Shown here: positions 49,522-59,610 of the stretch, piece after piece
Numbering within the stretch: position 1 is the stretch's first letter
Layout of the letters: each line of letters begins with the position of its first letter
Origin: Pseudomonadota bacterium
Lineage (GTDB): Bacteria > Pseudomonadota > Gammaproteobacteria > Pseudomonadales > JADFDG01
Length of the DNA: 64,000 nt
Reading direction: 5' to 3'
Assembly: GCA_049324495.1 (NCBI GenBank)
Contig: JBMOOP010000136.1
Coordinates: 2,136 to 66,135, forward strand
The notes under the pieces: generated by a model
What the model was told of the DNA's origin: nothing
The model's database searches: none
Seen by the model: only the letters and a program-made list of their open reading frames with translations
Program-made: the position numbers and the translations under genes

Positions 49522-50676
49522 TCAGAATTGCGAAATAAGGAACGGCTCGCCCGTCACGCAGTACAGGTTTTGCCCCGTCCGGTTCTGGTATTTGCGCCGC
49601 TTGCGGTCGTAACTGCCGAAACCGCCACCGAACGCCTTGTAGTCCTGCACCTCTGCCAGTCGCTTTTTCGCGTAGGCGATATCTAGCGCCTCGATCGCAT
49701 GCCTGGGCGTAAACGACGCTGCCAGCTCAAGCTGAGTGATGGCTTCGTCGATTGCTGCAGCGTTGTCGACGTACAGCATCGCATTGGCATATTCAAAGCG
49801 CGTCAGCGCCACATCCGGCACCAGCGCAAAGGATGTCTCGAAACGCGTTTTCGCATCGTCGGCGCTGGTGCCGAACACCATCTTCGCGCCAAATGCGCCG
49901 CCGCGGCGGATGATATTGGCGCCAATTCCGGCCGAGAGAGCAAGACCCATCGGGTGCTCAGGATAAGCAGCGAGGATATCGTTACTGGCTTCCGTGACCT
50001 TGCCAATATAATCGCGCAGCAGTGCCGTGGGAATCGACACATCCTCGGCGACGCGGCCAACACCGTAGGCGTAACCCAGACGAATCATCGCGTAATCGGC
50101 ACGATACTGCGGATCGTCCGCCGGGCGCGGCTGAAACACCGTGCCATAGTAGATAATTCCGCCTACGGCATCCTGCAACAGCGCGTGTTTCTCCTTGAGG
50201 GTATCAGCAAGATAGATCGAATAAATAAGCTGCGAGAACAACGCGGGCACGCGCGCGAAGCCGCCGTACTCGTTGCCGAGCTCGCGCGCGGCCTGAAAAT
50301 CGCCACGGAAGAAAAGCAGCCAGACTTCGAGCGCGTTGCGGCTATGCAGCGCATAGTCCTCGTCCTGAAATTTCAGCTCCGTCCACAACTGCGGGTAGCG
50401 CGCATAGCGCTTGCGCAGATATTCGGGAGACGGGAACGGGATCAGGTAGCCGCGCAGCAAAGTATCCCAATGCGTCTCCATCTCCGCGAAGGTATAGCTG
50501 AACGATGTCGCATCGAAGGGCAAGGCACGCCATGGACGCCGGGTGTAGTCGGCGTCAGCAGTGAGCGTGTCGGCAAGCTCACTGTCATCATTGGCCCGCG
50601 ACCCAAACGGTGTCAGCAGGAGCGAGGCTGAGGCGCCGGCGAGGAATGCGCGCCGGGTAAAGCCGGATTTTGTCAT
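49522..50676 (-). CDS. Tat-exported protein of unknown function
   Basis: 384 aa with the twin-arginine signal FTRRAFLAGASASLLL ... SRA. It is predicted to be largely alpha-helical. I recognise no catalytic motif. Confidence 0.6.
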   Translation of the reverse strand: MTKSGFTRRAFLAGASASLLLTPFGSRANDDSELADTLTADADYTRRPWRALPFDATSFSYTFAEMETHWDTLLRGYLIPFPSPEYLRKRYARYPQLWTELKFQDEDYALHSRNALEVWLLFFRGDFQAARELGNEYGGFARVPALFSQLIYSIYLADTLKEKHALLQDAVGGIIYYGTVFQPRPADDPQYRADYAMIRLGYAYGVGRVAEDVSIPTALLRDYIGKVTEASNDILAAYPEHPMGLALSAGIGANIIRRGGAFGAKMVFGTSADDAKTRFETSFALVPDVALTRFEYANAMLYVDNAAAIDEAITQLELAASFTPRHAIEALDIAYAKKRLAEVQDYKAFGGGFGSYDRKRRKYQNRTGQNLYCVTGEPFLISQF

Positions 50677-50806
50677 TTATTGTTGTTCCACATCCGTGCG
50701 CACTGCCTCGAAGAGTACGGGAGGCTGCGCCAGCCAGGCAACGCAGACCCGCCCGGCGGCTGGGCCGCACACCCGAACTACGAAGAACGCACGAGCCGAG
50801 CACAGG

Positions 50807-51919
50807 TCAGATATCGCTGAAGAACTTCTTCAGCGAGTCGTACCAGCTCTGCCGCCGCGGCGAGTTGGACGCCTGCTTGAGCGAATCCTGGAATGCGCGC
50901 AGCAACTCCTTCTGCTTGTCATTGAGACCCACCGGCGTCTCGACCACCACACGGCAGATGAGGTCGCCCTGGCCGGCGCCCCGCACGTTCGGCACGCCCT
51001 TGCCGCGCACCCGGAACAGCTTGCCGGTCTGGCTCTCGGCCGGGATCTTCAGCTTCACGCGGCCATCCATGGTTGGCACTTCAAGCTCGCCGCCGAGCGC
51101 GGCGTCGACAAAGGAGATCGGTACCTCGCACAACAGGTCGTTACCCTCGCGCGTGAAGAACTCGTGCTCATTGACCGACACCTGCACATACAGATCCCCC
51201 GGCGCCCCCCCCATCGGACCGGCCTCACCTTCACCGGCCAGGCGGATGCGATCGCCACTGTCGACGCCGGCCGGGATGGTCACGCTGAGCGTCTTCGATT
51301 TCTGCACCCGACCCTGCCCGCGACAATCAGGGCAGGGATCCTTGATCGTCTTGCCGGTGCCGCGGCACGCCGGGCAGGTTTGCTGCAGCGTGAAGAAGCC
51401 CTGCTGCATACGCACCTGGCCGTGACCTTTGCAGGAAGCGCAGACGACCGGCGTCGAGCCCTTCTTCGCACCGGAGCCGTCGCAGGTGCCGCAGGCCTCC
51501 AGCTTGGGCACCTTGATCTGCACCTTGCTGCCACGCACCGCATCTTCCAGTTCAATCTCGAGCGTGTAGCGCAAATCGGCGCCACGCTGCGGAGCGCTAC
51601 GGGCGCGGCCGCCGCCACCGAAGATATCGCCGAATACGTCGCCGAAAATATCGTTGAAACTCGGGCCTGCACCGCCACCGGCGCCCATGCTCGGATCGAC
51701 ACCGGCATGGCCAAGGCGATCGTACGCAGCACGCTTCTGCTCGTCAGCAAGTATCTCGTAGGCTGCCTGCACTTCCTTGAATTTTTCTTCGGCGGACTTG
51801 TCATCCGGATTGCGATCCGGGTGATGCTTCATCGCCAGCTTGCGATAAGCCTTCTTGATGTCTTCTGCCGAAGCATCCCTGGCAACGCCAAGCACTTCAT
51901 AAAAATCACGTTTCGACAT
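50807..51919 (-). CDS. dnaJ: molecular chaperone DnaJ
   Basis: 370 aa with a J-domain carrying HPD (KHHPDRN), a G/F region and four CxxCxGxG zinc-finger repeats. Confidence 0.95.
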   Translation of the reverse strand: MSKRDFYEVLGVARDASAEDIKKAYRKLAMKHHPDRNPDDKSAEEKFKEVQAAYEILADEQKRAAYDRLGHAGVDPSMGAGGGAGPSFNDIFGDVFGDIFGGGGRARSAPQRGADLRYTLEIELEDAVRGSKVQIKVPKLEACGTCDGSGAKKGSTPVVCASCKGHGQVRMQQGFFTLQQTCPACRGTGKTIKDPCPDCRGQGRVQKSKTLSVTIPAGVDSGDRIRLAGEGEAGPMGGAPGDLYVQVSVNEHEFFTREGNDLLCEVPISFVDAALGGELEVPTMDGRVKLKIPAESQTGKLFRVRGKGVPNVRGAGQGDLICRVVVETPVGLNDKQKELLRAFQDSLKQASNSPRRQSWYDSLKKFFSDI

Positions 51920-51978
51920 GGCGCCCAGACTCCGTGCTGCTCAATACAGCGATCAGGGATACATTCATCGGCCGCTGC

Positions 51979-52017
51979 GAAAAACACGAAAGCGCGGACC
52001 TGCGCCGCGCTTTCGTG
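51979..52017 (-). terminator. strong hairpin plus U-tract between dnaK and dnaJ (attenuator/partial terminator)
   Basis: On the minus strand: CACGAAAGCGCGG (7-nt loop) CCGCGCTTTCGTG followed by TTTTT. The stem is a perfect 13 bp. Confidence 0.6.
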
Positions 52018-52030
52018 AAAGCATTGCAGT

Positions 52031-53956
52031 TTACTGCTTGTCGTCGCCTTTCACTTCTTCAAACTCGGCATCGACGGCACCTTCACGTGCCTGCGGCTGC
52101 GCGCCAGCTTCACCTGCCCCGGCCTGCTGCGCGGCCGCAGCTGCTGCAGCCTGAACCTTCTGCGCAATTCCTTCCGATGCCTTGGCCAGCAACTCGGTCT
52201 TCGCCTCGATGGTCGCCTTGTCGTCGGACTTGATCGCCTCCTCAAGATCCTTGATCGCTTCCTCAACCTTGGCTTTCTCATCGGCAGTCGCGGTATCGCC
52301 GGCTTCAGCCAACATCTTTTTCGTCGCATGCACGATGCCGTCAGCCATATTGCGCGCCAGCACCAGTTCCTCGAACTTCTTGTCGGCTTCCTTGTTCGCC
52401 TCGGCGTCCTGAACCATACGCTTGATTTCTTCCTCGGTCAGGCCACTCGACGCCTTGATGACGATCGACTGCTGCTTGCCGGTGTTCTTGTCCTTGGCAC
52501 TCACATTGAGGATGCCGTTGGCGTCGATGTCGAAGGTGACCTCGATTTGCGGCGTGCCGCGCTGCGCCGGCGGAATATCGGCCAGATCGAAGCGGCCCAG
52601 CGTCTTGTTCTGGCTGGCCTGCTTGCGCTCACCCTGCAACACATGCACCGTGACCGCCGGCTGATTGTCTTCCGCCGTCGAGAACACCTGCGACTTCTTC
52701 GTCGGGATGGTGGTGTTTTTGTCGATGAGCGCCGTCATCACGCCACCCATGGTCTCAATACCAAGCGTCAGTGGCGTAACGTCGAGCAGCAGCACGTCCT
52801 TGCGCTCGCCGGAAAGAACCGAACCCTGGATTGCCGCGCCAACCGCGACGGCCTCGTCTGGATTCACGTCCTTGCGCGGCTCCTTGCCGAAAAACTCCTT
52901 CACCTTCTGCTGCACCAGCGGCATGCGCGTCTGACCGCCTACAAGAATAATGTCGGCAATCTCTGCGGCCGACAGACCGGCATCCTTCATCGCGATACGG
53001 CACGGCTCGATGGTGCGCGCAACCAGATCCTCGACCAGCGACTCGAGCTTGGCGCGCGTCAACTTCAGGTTGAGGTGTTTCGGACCGCTGGCATCGGCAG
53101 TGATGTACGGCAGGTTGATGTCGGTCTGCTGGCTCGACGACAATTCGATCTTCGCTTTTTCAGCGGCCTCCTTCAGGCGCTGCAGAGCCAGCGGGTCCTT
53201 GCGCAAATCAACCGACGAATCCTTCTTGAATTCTTCCACCAGATAGTCGATGACGCGCATGTCGAAGTCTTCGCCGCCAAGGAAAGTGTCGCCGTTGGTG
53301 GAGAGCACTTCAAACTGGTGATCGCCCTCGACATTGGCGATTTCGATGATGGAAATATCAAAAGTGCCACCGCCCAGGTCATACACGGCAATCTTGCGAT
53401 CGCCTTCCTGCTTGTCGAGACCGAACGCGAGCGCAGCAGCAGTCGGCTCGTTGATAATGCGCTTGACGTCCAGGCCGGCGATGCGACCGGCATCCTTGGT
53501 TGCCTGGCGCTGCGAATCGTTGAAATAGGCCGGCACCGTGATGACGGCTTCGGTCACCGGTTCACCGAGGTAGTCCTCGGCGGTCTTCTTCATCTTTTTC
53601 AACACTTCGGCAGAAATCTGTGGCGGCGCCATTTTCTTGCCGCGTGCTTCCACCCAGGCATCGCCATTGTCGACTGCGACAATTTTGTACGGCACCATCT
53701 TGATGTCCTTCTGCACGACATCGTCAGTGAACTTGCGGCCGATCAGCCGCTTCACCGCAAACACGGTGTGCTGCGGGTTGGTGACGGACTGGCGCTTGGC
53801 GCTCTGGCCGACGAGGATCTCGTCGTCGGTGTAGGCGACAACCGATGGCGTGGTGCGCGCGCCCTCGCTGTTCTCGATAACCTTGATGTTGTCGCCATCC
53901 AGAATGGCGACGCAACTGTTGGTAGTGCCGAGGTCAATCCCGATGATCTTGCCCAT
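52031..53956 (-). CDS. dnaK: molecular chaperone DnaK (Hsp70)
   Basis: 641 aa from [14 protein letters not shown] with the Hsp70 signatures DLGGGTFD and [11 protein letters not shown]. The track ORF has a 20-codon upstream extension. Confidence 0.96.
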   Translation of the reverse strand: MGKIIGIDLGTTNSCVAILDGDNIKVIENSEGARTTPSVVAYTDDEILVGQSAKRQSVTNPQHTVFAVKRLIGRKFTDDVVQKDIKMVPYKIVAVDNGDAWVEARGKKMAPPQISAEVLKKMKKTAEDYLGEPVTEAVITVPAYFNDSQRQATKDAGRIAGLDVKRIINEPTAAALAFGLDKQEGDRKIAVYDLGGGTFDISIIEIANVEGDHQFEVLSTNGDTFLGGEDFDMRVIDYLVEEFKKDSSVDLRKDPLALQRLKEAAEKAKIELSSSQQTDINLPYITADASGPKHLNLKLTRAKLESLVEDLVARTIEPCRIAMKDAGLSAAEIADIILVGGQTRMPLVQQKVKEFFGKEPRKDVNPDEAVAVGAAIQGSVLSGERKDVLLLDVTPLTLGIETMGGVMTALIDKNTTIPTKKSQVFSTAEDNQPAVTVHVLQGERKQASQNKTLGRFDLADIPPAQRGTPQIEVTFDIDANGILNVSAKDKNTGKQQSIVIKASSGLTEEEIKRMVQDAEANKEADKKFEELVLARNMADGIVHATKKMLAEAGDTATADEKAKVEEAIKDLEEAIKSDDKATIEAKTELLAKASEGIAQKVQAAAAAAAQQAGAGEAGAQPQAREGAVDAEFEEVKGDDKQ

Positions 53957-54042
53957 GGTCATATGCTCCGTTTGTGGCAGCCGACGCACCTTTGACGGCG
54001 CCCCGGTAGGGTTCATGTGTTCAGTAACCTACTCGGTGACCT

Positions 54043-54071
54043 AGATGGGGCCACCAGGCGGCGATTCAAGG
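54043..54071 (-). promoter_or_regulatory. sigma-32 (heat-shock) type promoter for dnaK
   Basis: On the minus strand: CCTTGAAT, a 13-nt spacer, then CCCCATCT. This matches the CTTGAAA-N13-15-CCCCATNT consensus. It lies about 85 nt upstream of the dnaK ATG. Confidence 0.55.
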
Positions 54072-54094
54072 TGAAATGAGGATAGGTGCTGCAC

Positions 54095-54658
54095 TCAGGG
54101 TGCGCGCGCCACCACCACCATCGCCGGACGCAGCAGGCGGCCGGCAAGCTGAAAGCCTTTTTGCATCACCTCGATAATGGTGTTCGGGGCCAGATCGCCG
54201 TGTGGAACCTGCGCCACTGCCTCGTGAAACTGCGGATTGAACGGCTGGCCCACCGGATCGATTTCCTCGACCTCGAACTTGCGCAGGGTGTCCTTGAATA
54301 GCTTCAGCGTCAGCGCCATGCCGTCGCGGGCCGGCTGCTGGCCTGGGTCGTCGGCACTGAGCGAGACCAGGCCGCGATCGAGGCTGTCGACCACCGCAAG
54401 CAACTCACCGGCAAACTTCTCGAGCACATATTTGCGGCTGTTCTCGGCATCACGCTCCAGGCGTTTGCGGACATTCTGGAGCTCGGCATGGGCCCGCAAG
54501 GTGGCCTCGGCAGCTTCCTTGCGGGCCGCCTCAAGCTCGGTGCGCAGGACGGCGAGCTCGGCTTCGGCGCCGGCCAGGGCCGCTTCGGCGTCATAGGCAG
54601 GTGCTGCGCCAGAGCCTGCCCGTTGCGGCGGGGGCTGCTGCGTAACGTCGTCGGTCAT
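54095..54658 (-). CDS. grpE: nucleotide exchange factor GrpE
   Basis: 187 aa with a coiled-coil N-terminus (LRAHAELQNVRKRLERD), FAGELLAVVDSLDR and a C-terminal beta domain (VIEVMQKGFQL.GRLLRPAMV). Confidence 0.9.
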   Translation of the reverse strand: MTDDVTQQPPPQRAGSGAAPAYDAEAALAGAEAELAVLRTELEAARKEAAEATLRAHAELQNVRKRLERDAENSRKYVLEKFAGELLAVVDSLDRGLVSLSADDPGQQPARDGMALTLKLFKDTLRKFEVEEIDPVGQPFNPQFHEAVAQVPHGDLAPNTIIEVMQKGFQLAGRLLRPAMVVVARAP

Positions 54659-54724
54659 GTCGACTCCTCAGGACTTAAGGCGATAGGCGGCCGCAGGCTG
54701 TGACGTGCAGTCCGATGGGCTGGA

Positions 54725-54752
54725 TGGTGGGGGTCGGAACGGCGATTTCAAG
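54725..54752 (-). promoter_or_regulatory. sigma-32-like promoter candidate for grpE
   Basis: On the minus strand: CTTGAAA (a perfect -35), a 13-nt spacer, then CCCCACCA (5 of 8 matches to CCCCATNT). It lies about 67 nt upstream of the grpE ATG. Confidence 0.35.
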
Positions 54753-54885
54753 CGGCCCTGCGGACCGCCACAGGGCCGCCATGATGCCCAAAGGCCGCCG
54801 GACTGGCGAGGGGGAACCCGTCTTGCCGGGCACAGCAGGAAAAAACTGGCGATGCGCAGGTGCGGCCACCGAATATTATCAATAC

Positions 54886-55932
54886 TCAACCCTGCGACGG
54901 ATTCAACGCCGCCCCCAGCAGACGGGCGGTGATATCGACCAAAGGCACCACCCGCTCATATGCCATGCGTGTTGGGCCGACCACCGCGAGCACGCCGAGC
55001 GCATCGCCGCCCTTGCCATAGGGTGCGGTGATGATTGAGCAACCGGCAAAAGCGTCATAGCCCGATTCACTGCCGATAAAAACCGTAACGCCCGGCGCCG
55101 CACCGCAGCGATCCATCAGGTCAAGAATGTCGCGTTTGTGCTGGAACGCCTCGAAAATATCGCGCAGCCGCGACATATCGGCCTCGCCGGACAGCCCGGC
55201 AATCAGGTTCGATTCGCCAGCCAGCTTGAACTCCGGGCTCGACTCCTGCGCTTTGAGTGCCTTGTCGGCCATATCGAGCGCTTCCTGCATCAGCATATCC
55301 ATGCGCTCCTTGTCAGCGCGCATCAACTCGACGATGCGATTGCGAATGCCTTCGATGTCGTGGCCTGCAAAATGCTGATTGATGAAGTTTGCCGCCTGGC
55401 GCAACTCGATTTCCGAATACTCGCGTGAAGTATCAATGATCTGGTTCTGCACTTCGCGCTGATTGAGCACGAAAATCACCAGCACGCGATTACCCGACAG
55501 CGGCAGAAATTCGACCTGGCGCAGGGTGCCGAAACGACGCCGCGGCACGGCAACAACACCGGTCATGCGCGAGAAATCCGACAACAGCCGGGATGCCGCA
55601 TCGACCAGTTCGCCCGTGGTTTTTTCCGCCGTCAGCGCGCCGGACAACTGCTGCAACTGCCGCTGCTCCAGCGGCGAGAACGTGACCAGACTATCGACGA
55701 ACAACCGGTAGCCCTGCTCGGTTGGCACCCGCCCCGCCGAGGTATGCGGTGAGATGACATAACCGCGCTCCTCAAGCTCAACCATGATGTTGCGTACGGT
55801 CGCCGGACTCACGGACATTGCCGTCTCGCGCACCAGCGTTTTTGAACCCACCGGTTGGCCCTCGCGGATGTAACACTCCACGAGAGTCTTCAGCAGGCGC
55901 TGCGCGCGTTCGTTGATGATCGGGACGGACAT
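54886..55932 (-). CDS. hrcA: heat-inducible transcriptional repressor HrcA
   Basis: 348 aa with an N-terminal winged helix (RAQRLLKTLVECYIREGQPVGSKTL ... VSPATVRNIMVELEERGY) and a C-terminal HrcA domain (GVLAVVGPTRMAYERV). Confidence 0.9.
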   Translation of the reverse strand: MSVPIINERAQRLLKTLVECYIREGQPVGSKTLVRETAMSVSPATVRNIMVELEERGYVISPHTSAGRVPTEQGYRLFVDSLVTFSPLEQRQLQQLSGALTAEKTTGELVDAASRLLSDFSRMTGVVAVPRRRFGTLRQVEFLPLSGNRVLVIFVLNQREVQNQIIDTSREYSEIELRQAANFINQHFAGHDIEGIRNRIVELMRADKERMDMLMQEALDMADKALKAQESSPEFKLAGESNLIAGLSGEADMSRLRDIFEAFQHKRDILDLMDRCGAAPGVTVFIGSESGYDAFAGCSIITAPYGKGGDALGVLAVVGPTRMAYERVVPLVDITARLLGAALNPSQG

Positions 55933-56093
55933 CGGGTATCCCCGGTGGGCGGGTATGGGGGTTCAGGACGCTGGAGGCGAAGGTCGCCGACGAAAAATAG
56001 CTGCCAGCCGCAGTCTAGGCAGGCACTGGCGGCTTATCAATGCAATGGCACGGGGCTTATGATCCGGGCTTCCCGCCCGATGTTGTAACGCCG

Positions 56094-57767
56094 ATGCTCA
56101 ATGCCCTCTCGATCAACCATTACGCCATCGTCGACGCCCTCGAAATCGAGTTCGCGCCCGGCCTGACCGTCGTCACCGGCGAAACCGGGGCCGGCAAGTC
56201 GATCATGATCGACGCGCTGGCACTGACCCTGGGCGACCGCGCCGACGCCAGTACCGTGCGTCCGGGTGCCGAGCGCGCCGACATCATCGCCACCTTCGAC
56301 ATCAGCCGGCTGGCGGATGCCCGGGCCTGGCTGGCAGAGCGGGAACTCGATGCCGGCACTGCCGAACAGGCCGACTGCATCCTGCGCCGTACGGTCGGCG
56401 CCGATGGCCGCTCACGCGCGTTCATCAATGGCAAACCCTCAACACTGGCCGATCTGAAGAGCCTCGGCGAGTTGCTGATCGACATCCATGGCCAGCACGA
56501 ACACCAGTCACTGCTGCGGCGCGACATGCACCGCGTGCTGCTCGATCAGTACGGCGGCCTCGCGACACAGGCGAAGGCCGTCGCGCAGGCCTTCCGCGCG
56601 TTTCGCGACCAGCGCGACGCGCTTGCTGCACTCGAACAGGCAGTCACCGATCGCGATGCTCGCCGCGAATTGTTGAAATTCCAGGTCGATGAATTTGACC
56701 GCCTGGGGCTCAAGGCCGGCGAATATGCCAAGCTCGATGCCGAGCACAAGCGATTGGCGAACGTCGACGGTTTGCGCGCCGCCTGCGCACAGGCTTTCGC
56801 ACTGATCTATGAACACGAAGACGGCGCCGCCCGCGACCGTCTCGAACGCGCCCGTTACGCGCTGGAAAACCTCGAGGACGCGGAACTCAAACGCGCCGCG
56901 GAACTGCTGTCTTCGGCGATCGTTCACACCGAGGAAGCCGCCGATACCCTGCGCCACTACCTCGACCGGCTGGAAGCAGATCCCGCGCGCCTGAGTGAAG
57001 TCGAGGCGCGGCTGTCGAGCTGCTTCAATCTGGCGCGCAAGCATCGTGCGCAGCCTGAGGACCTCGCCGATATACATGCGCGGCTGGCGGCAGAATTTGA
57101 TCGCATGGAGAACCACGACACGCATCGCGCTGCACTGGAACACGATGTCGCCAGGCTACGCGAAGCATTTATCAGCGTCGCTCGCCAACTCGCCGAAGCG
57201 CGGCGAAAAGTTGCAAAGGAACTCGAAAATGATGTCGGCGAACAGCTTGCCCAACTCGGCATGCCAGGCGGCCGCCTCGTCATTGCCTTCGCGCCGCTTG
57301 CCGAAAAAGATTTCAACGCGGCCGGTATCGATGCCATCGAGTTGCTGGTCAGTCTCAATGCCGGTCAACCGCCGAAGCCGCTGACAAAAGTCGCGTCGGG
57401 TGGCGAGCTCTCGCGCATCAGCCTCGCCATCCAGGTGATATGCGCCGCGCAGAGTACGATACCAACGCTGATTTTCGACGAGGTCGATGTGGGCATCGGC
57501 GGTGGCACCGCCGAGGTCGTCGGCAAACTGCTGCGCCGTCTCGGCGAGCGCGGCCAAGTGATCTGCGTCACCCACCTAGCACAGGTTGCGGCCTGTGGTC
57601 ACCAGCACCTGCGCGTCGAAAAGCACTCGAATGGCAAGCAAACCGCGAGCGCCGTCGTTACCCTCAATCGCCAGGAGCGCGTGCAGGAAATCGCGCGCAT
57701 GTCCGGTGGGCTAACCGTCACGCCGGAGGCGTTGAAACACGCCGAAGCGATGCTTGCAGGCAGTTGA
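56094..57767 (+). CDS. recN: DNA repair protein RecN
   Basis: 557 aa from MLNALSINHYAIVD with Walker A GETGAGKS, a long coiled coil, the signature SGGELSR and Walker B LIFDEVD. Confidence 0.93.
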   Translation: MLNALSINHYAIVDALEIEFAPGLTVVTGETGAGKSIMIDALALTLGDRADASTVRPGAERADIIATFDISRLADARAWLAERELDAGTAEQADCILRRTVGADGRSRAFINGKPSTLADLKSLGELLIDIHGQHEHQSLLRRDMHRVLLDQYGGLATQAKAVAQAFRAFRDQRDALAALEQAVTDRDARRELLKFQVDEFDRLGLKAGEYAKLDAEHKRLANVDGLRAACAQAFALIYEHEDGAARDRLERARYALENLEDAELKRAAELLSSAIVHTEEAADTLRHYLDRLEADPARLSEVEARLSSCFNLARKHRAQPEDLADIHARLAAEFDRMENHDTHRAALEHDVARLREAFISVARQLAEARRKVAKELENDVGEQLAQLGMPGGRLVIAFAPLAEKDFNAAGIDAIELLVSLNAGQPPKPLTKVASGGELSRISLAIQVICAAQSTIPTLIFDEVDVGIGGGTAEVVGKLLRRLGERGQVICVTHLAQVAACGHQHLRVEKHSNGKQTASAVVTLNRQERVQEIARMSGGLTVTPEALKHAEAMLAGS

Positions 57768-57768
57768 C

Positions 57769-59610
57769 ATGGGCGCACCCGGCAGCAACTCGCGGCAGTT
57801 CGTTCTGCTTGGCTGCGTGGCGCTGCTGCTGATCGTCGCCGGCAGCACCGGCTGGTTGGCCCGTCTCGATCAGGCCGGTCTCGACGGGTTACTGCGGTTG
57901 AATGCACAGTCGCGCACGCTGCCGGCCGACATCGTGTTGATCGATATTGATCAAAGAAGTCTTGAAGACATGAACGCAATTGCCGGCAGCTGGCCCTGGC
58001 CTCGCGCGGTGCACGCGGAACTCATCGACGCGCTTGCACGCCAGCAACCCAAGGCGATCGTGTTCGATTTGCTACTCAACGAAGCCGACACCTTTCGACC
58101 GGAAAGCGATGCGCTGTTTGCCGACACCGTCGCCGCACAATCCAATGTCTATCTGCCGACCATGCTGCTCGCCGATGGCTCAGGCGCACGACTCGCCGAA
58201 TATCCACCGGCCATGCGCATCACCCGTACCGCCCAGGCCGACGCCGACGCAAGCGCTCCGCTGCTGGTGCCGCTGATCGTCGCACCGGAACACTGGCGCG
58301 GCGGTACGATCAATTTTCTTGCCGACGACGACGGCACCGGTCGCCGCTACAACCTGTATCGCGACATCGCCGGCTGGCAGGTGCCTTCGCTACCAAAACG
58401 CATCGCCGACGATTTCGGCTGGCCAACGCCACCGGCCGACCACTTCCCGCTCAACTGGTACAGCAGCCCGCGACAGCGTTACAGCTATGCCACGGTCTAC
58501 AACGATCTCACCAGCTCGGCGCCACAACTTGCCGACGCGTTCCGCAACAAGATCGTGATCATCGGTGCGGCGGCACCGGGCCTTGGCGATTTGCGGCCAA
58601 CCCCGATGGGCAGCACCTACCAGGGCATGCTGGTGCTCGCCACTGCGATTGGCAATTTACAGGCCGGCGACTGGCTCACCGACACGCCATGGGGCCTCGC
58701 ACTCTACCCATTGCTGCTCACGCCGCTGCTACTGGCTTTTCAGCGCAAGATCGGCCCGTTGCGCATTGGCGTCGGCTTGCTGGCGCTGTCGATTGTGCTG
58801 GTGGTACTTGAATACGTACTGCTGGCGAAATTGCGTCTGATCAGCCATACCGTCGCACCGGTCGCTGCAGCCTGGTTGATGTTCCTCGCACTGGCACTGG
58901 TGTCCTGGTGGGGAGAGCGCCAGCAACGCGAACAGGCAATAACAATCTTCGGCAGGTTTCTTGACCCGCGCGTGGTGCGTTCGCTGGTCGATGGCGGCGC
59001 TGTCGCCGACGCGCGCGCGACGCAGGCGCGCGAAATCAGCATCCTGTTTTCCGACATCCGTGGCTTCACGACGATGTCCGAGCGCAGCACGCCCGAACAG
59101 GTCGTCGCCCTGCTCAACGATTATTTCAGTCGGCAGGTACGGGTGATCTTCCACACCCAGGGCACGCTCGACAAATTCATCGGCGACGCCATCATGGCGT
59201 TCTGGGGTGCGCCCGCCAACGACCCGCAGCACGCCGTGCATGCGGTCGAGGCCGCACTGGAAATGGTCGACGTACTGCTGATGTTCAAAACCGGTCTGGG
59301 TGAGGCCGGCGAGTCCTTCGATGTGGGCATCGGCGTGCATTCCGGCCCGGCAGTGGTTGGCTTTATCGGCTCGCACGACCGGCTGGACTACACGGCAATC
59401 GGCGATAGCGTTAATCTCGCTTCACGGATTGAAGGCGCCACCAAGGGTATCGCCCGGGTACTTGTTTCCGAAGACACCATGCGTGCCTGCGGCGACACTT
59501 TCGATTTTATCGACCACGGCATTGTCCATGTGAAAGGACGCGAACAGGGAGTAAGGCTCTATGAACCGTTCCGAAAGAATACTGCTGCCGGCGCTGCTGC
59601 TCACGGCTAG
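57769..59610 (+). CDS. CHASE2-sensor class III adenylate cyclase
   Basis: N-terminal TM segment plus a periplasmic CHASE2-like region (IVLIDIDQRSL ... WPWPRAVHAELIDAL ... IVFDLLL), then about 3 TM segments. The cyclase domain has metal-binding Asp residues (FSDIRGFT and IGDAIMAFWG). The ATP-specifying pair is K in DKFIGD and D in LDYTAIGDSVNLASR. The ATG lies 1 nt after the recN stop. Confidence 0.85.
   Translation: MGAPGSNSRQFVLLGCVALLLIVAGSTGWLARLDQAGLDGLLRLNAQSRTLPADIVLIDIDQRSLEDMNAIAGSWPWPRAVHAELIDALARQQPKAIVFDLLLNEADTFRPESDALFADTVAAQSNVYLPTMLLADGSGARLAEYPPAMRITRTAQADADASAPLLVPLIVAPEHWRGGTINFLADDDGTGRRYNLYRDIAGWQVPSLPKRIADDFGWPTPPADHFPLNWYSSPRQRYSYATVYNDLTSSAPQLADAFRNKIVIIGAAAPGLGDLRPTPMGSTYQGMLVLATAIGNLQAGDWLTDTPWGLALYPLLLTPLLLAFQRKIGPLRIGVGLLALSIVLVVLEYVLLAKLRLISHTVAPVAAAWLMFLALALVSWWGERQQREQAITIFGRFLDPRVVRSLVDGGAVADARATQAREISILFSDIRGFTTMSERSTPEQVVALLNDYFSRQVRVIFHTQGTLDKFIGDAIMAFWGAPANDPQHAVHAVEAALEMVDVLLMFKTGLGEAGESFDVGIGVHSGPAVVGFIGSHDRLDYTAIGDSVNLASRIEGATKGIARVLVSEDTMRACGDTFDFIDHGIVHVKGREQGVRLYEPFRKNTAAGAAAHG

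Noticed and set aside
54659-54885. Small ORFs (64-75 aa, both strands) in the hrcA-grpE spacer.
   Set aside because: They overlap each other, have no SD and show Pro/Arg/Gly-rich composition. The spacer is better explained by the sigma-32-like grpE promoter.
55985-56093. A possible LexA/SOS box upstream of recN (tagCTGccagccgCAGtct).
   Set aside because: The spacing is CTG-N7-CAG, which is not the gammaproteobacterial CTGT-N8-ACAG. It also does not resemble the xanthomonad TTAGTA-type box. I cannot support an operator call from sequence alone.
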